This document shows, in pieces, positions 38,064-47,460 of a stretch of 64,000 nt of DNA. The notes beneath the pieces were generated by a model. It did no database searches and was not told the origin of the DNA. It saw nothing but the letters and a program-made list of their open reading frames with translations. The first letter of the stretch is position 1. Each line of letters begins with the position of its first letter. Position numbers and translations under genes: made by a program. Source of the stretch: an uncultured Candidatus Saccharibacteria bacterium (GTDB lineage Bacteria > Patescibacteriota > Saccharimonadia > CAILAD01 > BJGX01); the NCBI GenBank assembly GCA_964425715.1, contig CAYRNO010000001.1, forward strand, positions 10,645 through 74,644. Reading direction: 5' to 3'.

Positions 38064-39248
38064 ATGAAACATCTTGTAATCGGTTCTGACCTGTTTAAAC
38101 CCAGTATAGGTGGAACTGAAACAGTGACAGAGAATATGGCCCAAAACCTATCTAAAAAAGGTTTTCGAGTAACTGTTGTCGCACCAGTATCTAATGGAGG
38201 CAAATTTCCAAGTCTTCACAAAGATAACGGATACCAAATATTGCGAGTCAGATCTATCGGGTTGCCAATTCAAAATAATTTAAGATTTGCTTACAGATCA
38301 TACAGGCAGATTTCAGAATACTTTAGTAAAACAGAGAATAGAGTAGATATTATTCATGTCAATAATCCTTTTCCTTTAAGTAAAACACTACTCAAATATG
38401 CCAAACATAATAGTGTACCTTGTGTGGTTGGTGGGCATTTTATGCCTGAGAGCTTTACAGTGGGGTTAAGAACATTTGGAGATTTCCATAAGTATATTGA
38501 TAATTTAGGATGGAATCTTACAGTACGATTCTACAACAAAGCAAATGCTGTTGTTGCACCCACAAAGACGGCCATAAGTATTCTAAAATCACACGGGCTT
38601 AAGTTACCGACATATGTGATATCGAACGGGATAGATCTAAATTTAAATCATCCATTGAAAATCAATAAAACAGAATTAAAATCCAGAATAGGTTTGTATG
38701 CTAAGTATGTACTGACTTATGCAGGTAGATTAGGAGTAGAGAAGAGGATTGATGTTATAATTACAGCATTGTATAAATTACAGCAGCAGAACTTTGATGT
38801 ACAGTTACTCTTAATAGGTGACGGTAATGCTAAGCAAAAACTTAAAAAACTTGTTCATAAACTAGACATGGATGACAAGGTTATTTTTGCTGGATATGTT
38901 GGTGATACAAGTCAAAAGCAGAGACTATTCGCACTTAGTGACATATTTGTAATAGCATCACCAGTAGAGCTGCAAAGCATAGTGACACTAGAGGCAATGG
39001 CAGCAGGTTTACCTGTTGTTGCTGTCAACGAAGGAGCTTTACCTGAATTGGCCCAAAAAGGAATCAATGGTGATGTATTTCCTGAAGGAGATAGTACATC
39101 AATGGCTCGATGTATAGGGAATATCGTGCTTGATCCAGTAAAACTTAGGCAATATAGCCAATCTAGTCTTAAAATAATTAAGAATCATAATATTGAGGAT
39201 ACTTGGAGTCAATATTCAGATATGTATTTGGAAGTACTTGATTCCTGA
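38064..39248 (+). CDS. glycosyltransferase family 4
   Basis: 394 aa; VTLEAMAAGLPVVAV (EX7E region), GT-B fold. Confidence 0.75.
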   Translation: MKHLVIGSDLFKPSIGGTETVTENMAQNLSKKGFRVTVVAPVSNGGKFPSLHKDNGYQILRVRSIGLPIQNNLRFAYRSYRQISEYFSKTENRVDIIHVNNPFPLSKTLLKYAKHNSVPCVVGGHFMPESFTVGLRTFGDFHKYIDNLGWNLTVRFYNKANAVVAPTKTAISILKSHGLKLPTYVISNGIDLNLNHPLKINKTELKSRIGLYAKYVLTYAGRLGVEKRIDVIITALYKLQQQNFDVQLLLIGDGNAKQKLKKLVHKLDMDDKVIFAGYVGDTSQKQRLFALSDIFVIASPVELQSIVTLEAMAAGLPVVAVNEGALPELAQKGINGDVFPEGDSTSMARCIGNIVLDPVKLRQYSQSSLKIIKNHNIEDTWSQYSDMYLEVLDS

Positions 39249-39261
39249 TCTATAGGAAATA

Positions 39262-40086
39262 TTAATTGCACAATTCATAGTGCCACGGTTCACCCACAAC
39301 AGTTCTGCACAGACCATATTTACGAAATACATCATTTACTCCTGAAGTTTGAGCAAAATCAGTATTTATATCAACTGCCAATCCACGCTCGTGATTGGAA
39401 GTACCTGGTACAGCTACTGGAGCACTACCGCCTTTATTATAAAGACAGCTTTGCTCACTAAAACTACGCCATGCGGTATTGTAAGGTATATCTCTACCAA
39501 GATGAAGTTGTGCGCGCTGTAGTGCAGCAACCAAGTTATTATTTAGGTTAGTATGCCATACTCTAGCAGCCGTACAGTCTCCTCCTACAGCTACTTGGTT
39601 TGTTAATGGCATAAAGTTTCTTTGATTCATTACTACACCGTTAAAAATTGGTTTTCCAGCTCCCGTTTTATTTGCATTGGTTATTTCAAATGCAGTATTA
39701 ATAAATATTCCTCTTGGCGTCGTGTCGTTATTGGGATTGGCTAGTATCCAGTATCTTGCAATTCCTTTGGTGGCAAGTCCAGCGCTTTTTGTTTCTGTTA
39801 GAGGTGCTAGGGACTGTATTGCTTGCCCTGTATTTAAATTATAAACAGTAGCTTGATCCCATACTCTAATTTTTTTGTCAGCACTAAACATACTGCAGTT
39901 CAGACCTGGAGTTGAACATTTTATATTGTTGGCAGCGAAGCTATTATATATCAGTATAATACCTGTAACGGCTATAAGAAAAGTTACAACGAACAAAACA
40001 ATTCTAGATATTTTCTTTTTAGGTAAAAATTGAGTTTTTTTTACTCTTGATCTTGTAGATTTTGTAGGTTTTTTCTTAGACGGCAT
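39262..40086 (-). CDS. membrane-anchored D-alanyl-D-alanine carboxypeptidase (peptidase M15B, VanY-like)
   Basis: 274 aa; N-terminal TM anchor; Zn-ligand motifs SNHERGLAVDI and EPWHYE. Confidence 0.7.
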   Translation of the reverse strand: MPSKKKPTKSTRSRVKKTQFLPKKKISRIVLFVVTFLIAVTGIILIYNSFAANNIKCSTPGLNCSMFSADKKIRVWDQATVYNLNTGQAIQSLAPLTETKSAGLATKGIARYWILANPNNDTTPRGIFINTAFEITNANKTGAGKPIFNGVVMNQRNFMPLTNQVAVGGDCTAARVWHTNLNNNLVAALQRAQLHLGRDIPYNTAWRSFSEQSCLYNKGGSAPVAVPGTSNHERGLAVDINTDFAQTSGVNDVFRKYGLCRTVVGEPWHYELCN

Positions 40087-40548
40087 ATCGATAGAGCTTA
40101 TGTTGAATATGATAGCCTTATAATATGCAGTAGAGTTAATAATGTCAACAAACTACATAATAATTGACAATAATAACAATTGAGTGTAAAATATTCCTAA
40201 TGGGGCTGACTAGCTTTGACATAGAGAACATTAAAATATATTTGCGAGCCGGGCTGGAATGCACGTTAGCCGTTCCAAAAACTTAAGTGCAAATACACTT
40301 ATTAGTAAGATAAAAGCAGCGTTTACGTTGCCAACTCTTGCACCAGCATACGCTTAATTGAGTATGCCGTCTAACTTACTGACACCAGATAGATAAGTAG
40401 GCGCCAATTATCTGGTTGCTACATATTCGCCTAGTGCCGAAGATGGGTAAGCTCATAGTACTAGGAAGAGATCTACTTGTTTGTTGATTTATAGAGTAGA
40501 TATCTTTGAAAACAATTTCAAATCAACTATGCTTGTAGACGATATATA

Positions 40549-42093
40549 TTAATTCTTCATGGACGAGGGTGCGATTCCCTCCAGCTCCACCAAAAGGGAC
40601 TTTCGAGTAATTCGGAGGTCTTTTTTGTTTGGGGTCAACCTGTACAGGGTGCATATTGAGTTAGTGCTAACTTTTTTATTTGAGTTGAAGATAATTCCAT
40701 CAGGGAATAGCAATTGTTGGCACAAAGTGCGTTCATCTTGATTTAGTTCCCACCAATCTGTTTTTAATCTGTTACTATATTCCAGCCCAAACTTAACAAA
40801 TTCTACCAAATCCCCCTGTAGTTTATTTGAATCTGCTATTTGTTTAGATAACTCGCTAATCTCTAGCTGTATCTTTCTAATTTCAGCCTGTATACCGTCT
40901 TTGAACTCAGACGTCACTTTAGCAAGTTCTCTATATAGCCCAGACAACTCTATTTCGAGCGATTCTCGCTGCCTTTGAAGCGTTTTAAGACTTCTGATGT
41001 TATCTTGTTGCTTCTTATTCCAAACAGTTGCTAAAGCTCTCATAAAGTCTTTCTGTTGAGCATTTTGATAATTAACTTGCAGTAGTATATTAGTAATAGC
41101 CTTGTGTACATCTTGTCGATGATATTGTTTACCACATTTTCTGCAACGATACTTTGGGTAAAACTTACCATTACCATTACCTTGATTTGAACCTGTAAAC
41201 TTAGCTCCTGGTTGACAGTCGTGAATTAGTAATTTGTTCATTGGAAAGTTGGGGTTGTACTGCAATTTTCTAAAAGACCGAATCTTACGACCATTTATTA
41301 CCTCAACTATACTATCGTGTTCCTCCTTTGAAATCATTGGTGTGTGTAAACCATTCTCGCACCTTGCATTCACTTGTTTACCCACAACTATAATGCCGCA
41401 ATAGTAAGGGTTCACTATAAACTTTACGAACTTATCTATCTTCATTGGTGTTCTGCCGTTACTAATGAATTCGGTTTTGTTGAGTTGCTTTAGTGCTTCA
41501 GATGGTGTAGCCATCCTGTTTGCGATGCTTTTTAGTGCTTGTTGAAAAGGTACTCCCTGAATCGGGTGGAAAACGTGTACTCCTGGCTTATCGCTATGCA
41601 TATAACCTGGCAAAGGTGGGAAAGTATAACGACCTTCTTTGACTGCAGCCCTATGACCAGTAACTGACTTTCTTTGTCTTTCCTCGTTACTGCTTTCAGC
41701 AGCAAAGTATTTCATAAATTTCATAAGCTTAGCTGTCATATCGTCAGTGTTTAGTTCAGGGTCAGAGGCATACCACACTTTTACACCAACCATTCGAAAT
41801 TCAACCTCAAAATGAAAAGCTTCATCTACAGACCTCATAAACCTATCAGGTTCGTCAACGATAAGATATTTGACTGCTCGATTTTTTCTGCAAAAATCTA
41901 ACATTTCTCTAATGTCTCTACGCTTAACATTTGTTCCTGCTTTACTCGAAACATCGCCAGACCATTCTTTAATAATCTCAGCATCAAGTTCTTGAGACGC
42001 TCTCATAACAGAACTCTGTTGTCTGTTTAGGCTATTGCTTTGCTTCTGTTCAGCAGTCGAGACCCTACAGTTTGCTATTGCTTTTATTTTCAC
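40549..42093 (-). CDS. large serine recombinase (phage-integrase type)
   Basis: 514 aa; N-terminal catalytic block IANCRVSTAEQ (serine recombinase RxSTxxQ); zinc ribbon CRKCGKQYH; C-terminal coiled coil. Confidence 0.85.
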   Translation of the reverse strand: MKIKAIANCRVSTAEQKQSNSLNRQQSSVMRASQELDAEIIKEWSGDVSSKAGTNVKRRDIREMLDFCRKNRAVKYLIVDEPDRFMRSVDEAFHFEVEFRMVGVKVWYASDPELNTDDMTAKLMKFMKYFAAESSNEERQRKSVTGHRAAVKEGRYTFPPLPGYMHSDKPGVHVFHPIQGVPFQQALKSIANRMATPSEALKQLNKTEFISNGRTPMKIDKFVKFIVNPYYCGIIVVGKQVNARCENGLHTPMISKEEHDSIVEVINGRKIRSFRKLQYNPNFPMNKLLIHDCQPGAKFTGSNQGNGNGKFYPKYRCRKCGKQYHRQDVHKAITNILLQVNYQNAQQKDFMRALATVWNKKQQDNIRSLKTLQRQRESLEIELSGLYRELAKVTSEFKDGIQAEIRKIQLEISELSKQIADSNKLQGDLVEFVKFGLEYSNRLKTDWWELNQDERTLCQQLLFPDGIIFNSNKKVSTNSICTLYRLTPNKKDLRITRKSLLVELEGIAPSSMKN

Positions 42094-42117
42094 AAACTAT
42101 CTCCAAAAACCATAAAA

Positions 42118-42164
42118 GGCAGTCTCTGGGATACGTCGTTATGACACGACAAACAGAGACTGCC
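42118..42164 (-). terminator. 11-bp perfect inverted repeat (GGCAGTCTCTG ... CAGAGACTGCC) between the cargo genes and the recombinase
   Basis: Perfect 11-bp stem with a 25-nt loop that is itself partly self-complementary; on the minus strand it is followed by a U-rich tract, so it likely terminates the 92-aa gene upstream of the recombinase. Confidence 0.45.
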
Positions 42165-42334
42165 ATTTATAAATTCTAGATTAAGAACCAAGCTTGTCAT
42201 AATTTGTATCCTTAACCATTATCTTATTTTTACCTGTTGAATGCAACTTTTTTATATTAATATATCTTCCATATAAGAAGTTTGCCCACTCAGTTAACTC
42301 CTCTTGACTTAAAGGTTTTTGTTTAGTTTTGGCA

Positions 42335-42613
42335 TTACTTTTCACTAAAACTCAACCCTTCAATAATATCATCTGCAATACTTTGTATTTTATCCACTAA
42401 CTCAGCTGATTTGAGCCGTATTTCAGCCTTGTTTGAGACATTAACAATATACTCAGCTGTTTCTGTTAAAACACGGCATTCAAATAGTCCTAATACAGCT
42501 TTTTCTAAGGTAGGGTAGTAGCCATCGGTATTCCATTGAGAGCCAGCTTGTTTCTGTACCATATAGCCGTGCAGGTAACTTTTTATTCGATAGTGTTTGT
42601 ATCTGATAGTCAT
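42335..42613 (-). CDS. hypothetical protein (island cargo)
   Basis: 92 aa ORF; no recognisable motif. Confidence 0.35.
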   Translation of the reverse strand: MTIRYKHYRIKSYLHGYMVQKQAGSQWNTDGYYPTLEKAVLGLFECRVLTETAEYIVNVSNKAEIRLKSAELVDKIQSIADDIIEGLSFSEK

Positions 42614-42673
42614 ATACCAAGACTACCAATGGAGTCTATAGGTGTATAACCAGTTATCTACCTATGTTGCTGG

Positions 42674-43501
42674 TTAGACATCTATCTTATTTTGTTGCTT
42701 AATAAATCTATCTGCAAGTTTTTGGAGGTTTACATATGACAAATCTAAACTTGAAGTATCTAGGTCTGCATATTCTTCTGCTAGTTTTGCCTCAACTGTT
42801 CTCCAGGTATTATATTTGCTTTCATTCTTCAAGAGCCAAGCCATTTGTCCAATCTTAAGGTTAAGGGGGTCAATACCTACCTTTGGCTTAGTTGGCAATT
42901 GGCTTAATGCCTTATCTATTTGTGACTTGTTGTCATCCAGGTACTTTTTTATTCTAGAGATAGAAGTTCTGTAGTTAAAATATATTAGCGGTGTATACAG
43001 ATAGTTTTTTGCATACGATTTTTCGATACTAGACTTTATGAGTCTACCTTTAATGCCTTTGAGTGGTCCTGGTGGTATATATAATCCAAGCGGTTGGTCT
43101 GGAGGTATAGGGAGGGTGTGAGTTAATATTACAACTTCTATAGAAAATACCCAATTTCTAGGAAGTTTATATCTGCTAGCTAGCCACTCTGCCCAACCTT
43201 TTGTGCCATATTCAAATTCTTTATTTGCTGTATGAACAAATTCTACAAGCTTTTCTAGGTTATTTTGCTTTGGGAAACTGTATAATTTTTTCATTTTAAG
43301 CTTGTTACGAATCCTGTCGAGCTGGTCATAAAAGCTATCACACCAAGATAAAACCTCAGCTAACTTATAATCCGACAAATCATAGCTGTTTTTAGAATAG
43401 CCAGGCAAATAAGTTATTTCAAAATCCCTGTCGTTATCTAGACTTTTGATTGATGAGTCATTCATATTAACTAATATACAGCTTAATTGTCTAATAGGCA
43501 C
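42674..43501 (-). CDS. hypothetical protein (island cargo)
   Basis: 275 aa ORF; no recognisable motif; the start may be the internal Met (MNDSSIK). Confidence 0.35.
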   Translation of the reverse strand: MPIRQLSCILVNMNDSSIKSLDNDRDFEITYLPGYSKNSYDLSDYKLAEVLSWCDSFYDQLDRIRNKLKMKKLYSFPKQNNLEKLVEFVHTANKEFEYGTKGWAEWLASRYKLPRNWVFSIEVVILTHTLPIPPDQPLGLYIPPGPLKGIKGRLIKSSIEKSYAKNYLYTPLIYFNYRTSISRIKKYLDDNKSQIDKALSQLPTKPKVGIDPLNLKIGQMAWLLKNESKYNTWRTVEAKLAEEYADLDTSSLDLSYVNLQKLADRFIKQQNKIDV

Positions 43502-43915
43502 AGCGTAACAAATATGTTTTTGTAAGTAGTTATACAGGTGTAGTCAGTGTATACACAGTATCGTAATTTCACACAGCCATTTATCAACTCAAAGGATACC
43601 TACAAACAACAAACTATATTATATATATCAAAGCATAGTGTCTTTGTTAGAGAGTAAAACAGGGGATATACCACCTGTATAGTTAAGCAATGTTAAGTAA
43701 AAGTAACTACAAAGCAAGTTAAACAAGTAGCCTTACATATTCTTGTAGCCATTTGTATTGCTACTCTGGACATATTCAGATAACCATTTATCGCTTCACA
43801 TATACAAAAATTATATATATAAACTCGGTTTGCCTATCAAGACACTGGTATATATGCCTATATGAGCCTGTATCTGTATATTAAGATATGCCCTAGAAAC
43901 TTCTTTTCTATATAT

Positions 43916-44086
43916 TTATAACTTTGGGAGTAGCTTTTCAGCCTTTAGTTTACTGAGGGGTGTGTCTTTGAGTTGTTGGAGTTTAGCGAATATCTTTTTG
44001 GCTCCAACAGGTGTGTCGGCATAGACAACTATCTGGGTTAACTCTTTTTTATCTTTAAGCCAGACATTGTAAAAGTATTTTGTCAT
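43916..44086 (-). CDS. small hypothetical protein (56 aa), tightly packed behind the 174-aa gene
   Basis: Hand-translated: MTKYFYNVWLKDKKELTQIVVYADTPVGAKKIFAKLQQLKDTPLSKLKAEKLLPKL; its ATG lies 3 nt after the stop of the upstream gene; below the 60-aa cut-off of the ORF track. Confidence 0.3.
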   Translation of the reverse strand: MTKYFYNVWLKDKKELTQIVVYADTPVGAKKIFAKLQQLKDTPLSKLKAEKLLPKL

Positions 44087-44089
44087 AAG

Positions 44090-44614
44090 CTACCTAACGA
44101 GTTCGTGTTGTTCCATCCATTCAATTAGAGGTTTGCATATAGCCTCGGTAAGTAGCATATTAAGCTTTAACATAAAAATCATACTACTACTAGGTTCACT
44201 TATTATTTTTGACTTTTCAGTTAGTAGTAAAGTTACTAAATCAGAATTCACCCCATCGTAACCTGCCAGTGGGTTCGTATCAACATCTGAATAATAGGTA
44301 TATATCTGGATAAATTCAATTACTAATTTGTATATTACTTTTCCCACATCGTCTTTGATAAATAAATCTTTAATATATTGTTCTATCGTATTATACGAAG
44401 GTTCACCATATTGATTTTTAACTACAGTCAGCTTAATCGATACTAAATACGCCCATAAACAATTTTTAATTCTATTATTATTATGGAGTTTTGCATCAGG
44501 GTCTGCTTCCTGAATAAGCCTAATAATTACCTCTGAATAAGTATCAATTGATTTATAAGATTCGTTGTATATATAAGTCGCAACAGAGCTCTCAGTTATT
44601 TCTTTCTTTTTCAT
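44090..44614 (-). CDS. hypothetical protein (island cargo)
   Basis: 174 aa; start overlaps the stop of the upstream membrane protein gene. Confidence 0.35.
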   Translation of the reverse strand: MKKKEITESSVATYIYNESYKSIDTYSEVIIRLIQEADPDAKLHNNNRIKNCLWAYLVSIKLTVVKNQYGEPSYNTIEQYIKDLFIKDDVGKVIYKLVIEFIQIYTYYSDVDTNPLAGYDGVNSDLVTLLLTEKSKIISEPSSSMIFMLKLNMLLTEAICKPLIEWMEQHELVR

Positions 44615-45315
44615 TAAGAACCCACTGCACCAGCAAGTATAAGATTTAAGATTGCAAACACAAAGATTATAGTCGTAATTACAACATAAACTTTTAGTGT
44701 ATTTATGACTGTTCTTTTTTTACCTTTGGGGTAAAATTTCTCGTGCCTCACCATATTGTAAAGACCACCCATTAATAGCCCAATGATTATAAATACCCCT
44801 ATTGCAAGTGCAGGTCCAATTATGTGACCACCCCAGCTGTAACTTTCATTTATAGAACCAACTGTAACGTTGTAAATTAGAGTAATAAAATAAGACATCA
44901 ATAGTAGAACTGAAAGGGTTATAGTATCCTTGTCGTTCTTCTTATCTTTCTTTGAAGTTTTATAGTTACTTTCTTTAGATAACTTTTCATCAAGCAATTC
45001 TGTAAAATAACCAGATATTAGCATAAATGGGGTGGTCATCAAGCTCATAGCGATAACTATTAAATAACCACCAATAACCACAAACAGCACAAAATGTAAA
45101 AAATTAGAGAAGAAAAGACCCCACGCTACATATAGATAATATATCCCGACTATAAAATACAAGATATTCATTACCACCACTGATAAACCATATATAGTTT
45201 TCATTACTGCAGCTTTCTGTAGAACTAGTGATATTAAGTAACCTATAAAGCAAATTATTGTCCAGATTAAAAGGTATAGAACAAAAATTACTAAAAAGTA
45301 GAATATTGGATGCAT
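44614..45315 (-). CDS. polytopic membrane protein (island cargo)
   Basis: 233 aa; about 6 hydrophobic helices with a K-rich cytoplasmic loop. Confidence 0.4.
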   Translation of the reverse strand: MHPIFYFLVIFVLYLLIWTIICFIGYLISLVLQKAAVMKTIYGLSVVVMNILYFIVGIYYLYVAWGLFFSNFLHFVLFVVIGGYLIVIAMSLMTTPFMLISGYFTELLDEKLSKESNYKTSKKDKKNDKDTITLSVLLLMSYFITLIYNVTVGSINESYSWGGHIIGPALAIGVFIIIGLLMGGLYNMVRHEKFYPKGKKRTVINTLKVYVVITTIIFVFAILNLILAGAVGS

Positions 45316-45345
45316 ATATCTCCCAATCTAGAAGCAACAGTATTT

Positions 45346-45900
45346 TTAATAAGACTCACAACCATATCCATCATAGTCGCCATCCAGCCTGTGTTTATCG
45401 TATCCATATACTTCAACTGTGTAGCCTATATCTGCACAATCAAGGTCGTATGATACGTTAGGTACACAACCAGAGTAGTTTGTGTCGCAGTTCGGAGGTG
45501 GGGGTGGTTGTTTTGTGCCTATTGCAGTTCTTTCTGAGACTGGCTGAGTTGTAACTGCCTCACTAGCTACTACACGGCTTATCTCAACTCCATTCTCTAG
45601 AGTAACTGTATATGTTGTAGTTTTCTCACCGTTTATACATCCTTGCGTGACATTTGATTTGCCAACCAGTAAGTTTGGGTCATTATACTGTTCCTTAGTA
45701 CAAGGTATAGGTGTTTTTGTAGTAGTAGTTGTTGTTTCTATTTTTTTGGTTTGTTCTGCGTTATCAGCCTTAGGGCTATTTGACTGATAATTCGAGGCAA
45801 ATGCAGCAACAGCAAACAGTGGCACTAGAGCAGAAAGAGCAATCAAGCCTAATCTGCTTTCTTTGGATAAACTCTTAAACCACTTTATTAACTTTTTCAT
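45346..45900 (-). CDS. secreted protein with Thr-rich linker and C-terminal Excalibur (Ca-binding, DxDxDGxxCE) domain
   Basis: 184 aa; signal peptide/anchor MKKLIKWFKSL...LFAVAAFA; TTTTTKTP linker; PPPPP; C-terminal LDGDYDGYGCE Excalibur motif. Confidence 0.55.
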   Translation of the reverse strand: MKKLIKWFKSLSKESRLGLIALSALVPLFAVAAFASNYQSNSPKADNAEQTKKIETTTTTTKTPIPCTKEQYNDPNLLVGKSNVTQGCINGEKTTTYTVTLENGVEISRVVASEAVTTQPVSERTAIGTKQPPPPPNCDTNYSGCVPNVSYDLDCADIGYTVEVYGYDKHRLDGDYDGYGCESY

Positions 45901-46216
45901 CTAATTCAACCTTTAATTCGATACTAGAGCATAATATTGCTTTTTGCAAGCATACGGTTATAGCTTAGTGTAATTCACTCCGTGCACCTCTATACATCCG
46001 TTAAGCTTGTATCTCACATATTGTGAATACAGTAACTCTTTCCAGTTGTTTACATTTTCAGAAATACTGTGCCAACTTTTATCTATTCGCTCCACCAAAA
46101 AACGATCAAGATTGAGACTTGGTCTTTTTTTGTGTCTAGATACCTCGAGCTATAGAGTCTTTCAGCAAGAATTAAACCAGACTATTATAGGTCTGGTTTT
46201 TTGATAGAAACGTATT

Positions 46217-47239
46217 TTATTGGGGTGGGATTGATCTAGGACGGAGCTTCATGAGCTCCCCCTTAAGGGTGTAGGCACTATTGGGCACATCCCAGTGGCA
46301 CATATCACGAACTGGGCAAGACCCACAAAATTGTCTATATCTCTCAAGTTCAGACCCGCTCCAGATGGGTATGTAAGCGGGAGTCTCAGTCTGGCGAGCA
46401 CGATATTGTCTAGACAGGGTTCTATTGCCGGGGTTCTTGGCGCAACCCACGCTAGAAAGCAGCCAGACGGCATTACAGAGCTCTATAGGGCTTATGTTGT
46501 GACGATTGCAGTAATCGGCGAACAAACCCCTTAGGACCGTCTGAAGGTGCTCAGAATAGATATTTCTACCTATTGATTCGCCAGAGAACTTCACCATCTC
46601 AGTCTCTATGCATACTCGCATGACATGAAAGTCGATCGGTATTGGGAAGGGGATTGGCTCGATTATATCTGTAGCTATGTAGAAATACATAAGCATACTG
46701 ACCATCTTATACTGGAAACCCATAAACCCCTGTCGGTGAGTAAACTCTTTGGTCTTTCTGTGCCGTCTGCTCTTATTGCGAATACGATCACAGGCTTCCT
46801 CATAGCTCTCTACACCGACGAATATTTTGCGAGGGTCTCCATCATACCAATCCAACAATCTTTGAGCGTTCTCAATCCAATGTGGCGGAGCGGATCTCTT
46901 GAGGTATCTCAGATCAACTCTTTCTAATGATGCGGTGATAGATTCTGGTTTGATCCTAACTATCTCATAAGGATCAAATAACCTTGGCCTTCTGGAGTAA
47001 AGACGAGCAAGCTGTTTGGCGGCGGTGTTACTCTTAATACCGCCTTTCATATATAGACATAGTACAAATAGAAACATTGCATGCTCGACGGAGCCCAACT
47101 CCAATCTTCTTTCGAGATCAGCCACTTCATGAGGTAATTGGGTGGTCGGAAGACCATATATAAATCTCCCGTCTCGGTATGAATCCAAGAGAGTTCCTAG
47201 GACTTTCTCAACGCGATCATGGTCGACTGTGATCTGCAC
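46217..47239 (-). CDS. endonuclease III-like HhH-GPD family DNA glycosylase homolog (divergent), GC-rich foreign gene
   Basis: 340 aa; PIDFHVMRVCIETEM matches the Nth PVDTHIFRVCNRTQ active-site helix; C-terminal C-x2-C-x5-C (CGSCPVRDMC) resembles the last three Cys of the EndoIII [4Fe-4S] loop; GC about 50% against about 35% background. Confidence 0.45.
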   Translation of the reverse strand: MQITVDHDRVEKVLGTLLDSYRDGRFIYGLPTTQLPHEVADLERRLELGSVEHAMFLFVLCLYMKGGIKSNTAAKQLARLYSRRPRLFDPYEIVRIKPESITASLERVDLRYLKRSAPPHWIENAQRLLDWYDGDPRKIFVGVESYEEACDRIRNKSRRHRKTKEFTHRQGFMGFQYKMVSMLMYFYIATDIIEPIPFPIPIDFHVMRVCIETEMVKFSGESIGRNIYSEHLQTVLRGLFADYCNRHNISPIELCNAVWLLSSVGCAKNPGNRTLSRQYRARQTETPAYIPIWSGSELERYRQFCGSCPVRDMCHWDVPNSAYTLKGELMKLRPRSIPPQ

Positions 47240-47460
47240 AACAGCTCCTATCGTAAGGTACTAATATAATTATTGATTAATAATAAATGTATTGCAATAA
47301 ATCTATAGGACAAAGAATAAAGTCTAGTATTTTAGAAGTATTTATGCTATACTATATCTCAAGTAGGTTTCTTTCTTTAGCGCTCTTGATTCAAGATGAC
47401 ATAGCAAGAATAGAAGTGGTCGTCCTGCTCCAAGAGAATTAAAAGGAAAAAATAATCTAG

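Larger units (their letters stand above)
40100..47300. mobile_element. integrated element (about 7 kb) with large serine recombinase and minus-strand cargo
   Basis: Large serine recombinase at one end; six to seven uniformly minus-strand ORFs without recognisable core functions; GC-rich foreign gene (46217-47239); about 450 bp and 590 bp non-coding stretches; flanked by the core genes VanY and the RRM protein. Boundaries are approximate. Confidence 0.55.

Noticed and set aside
46249-46927. Three plus-strand ORFs (46249-46473 listed on the minus strand, 46295-46534, 46625-46927) within the HhH-GPD gene
   Set aside because: These are shadow ORFs created by the high local GC; the minus-strand 340-aa frame carries the EndoIII-like motifs.
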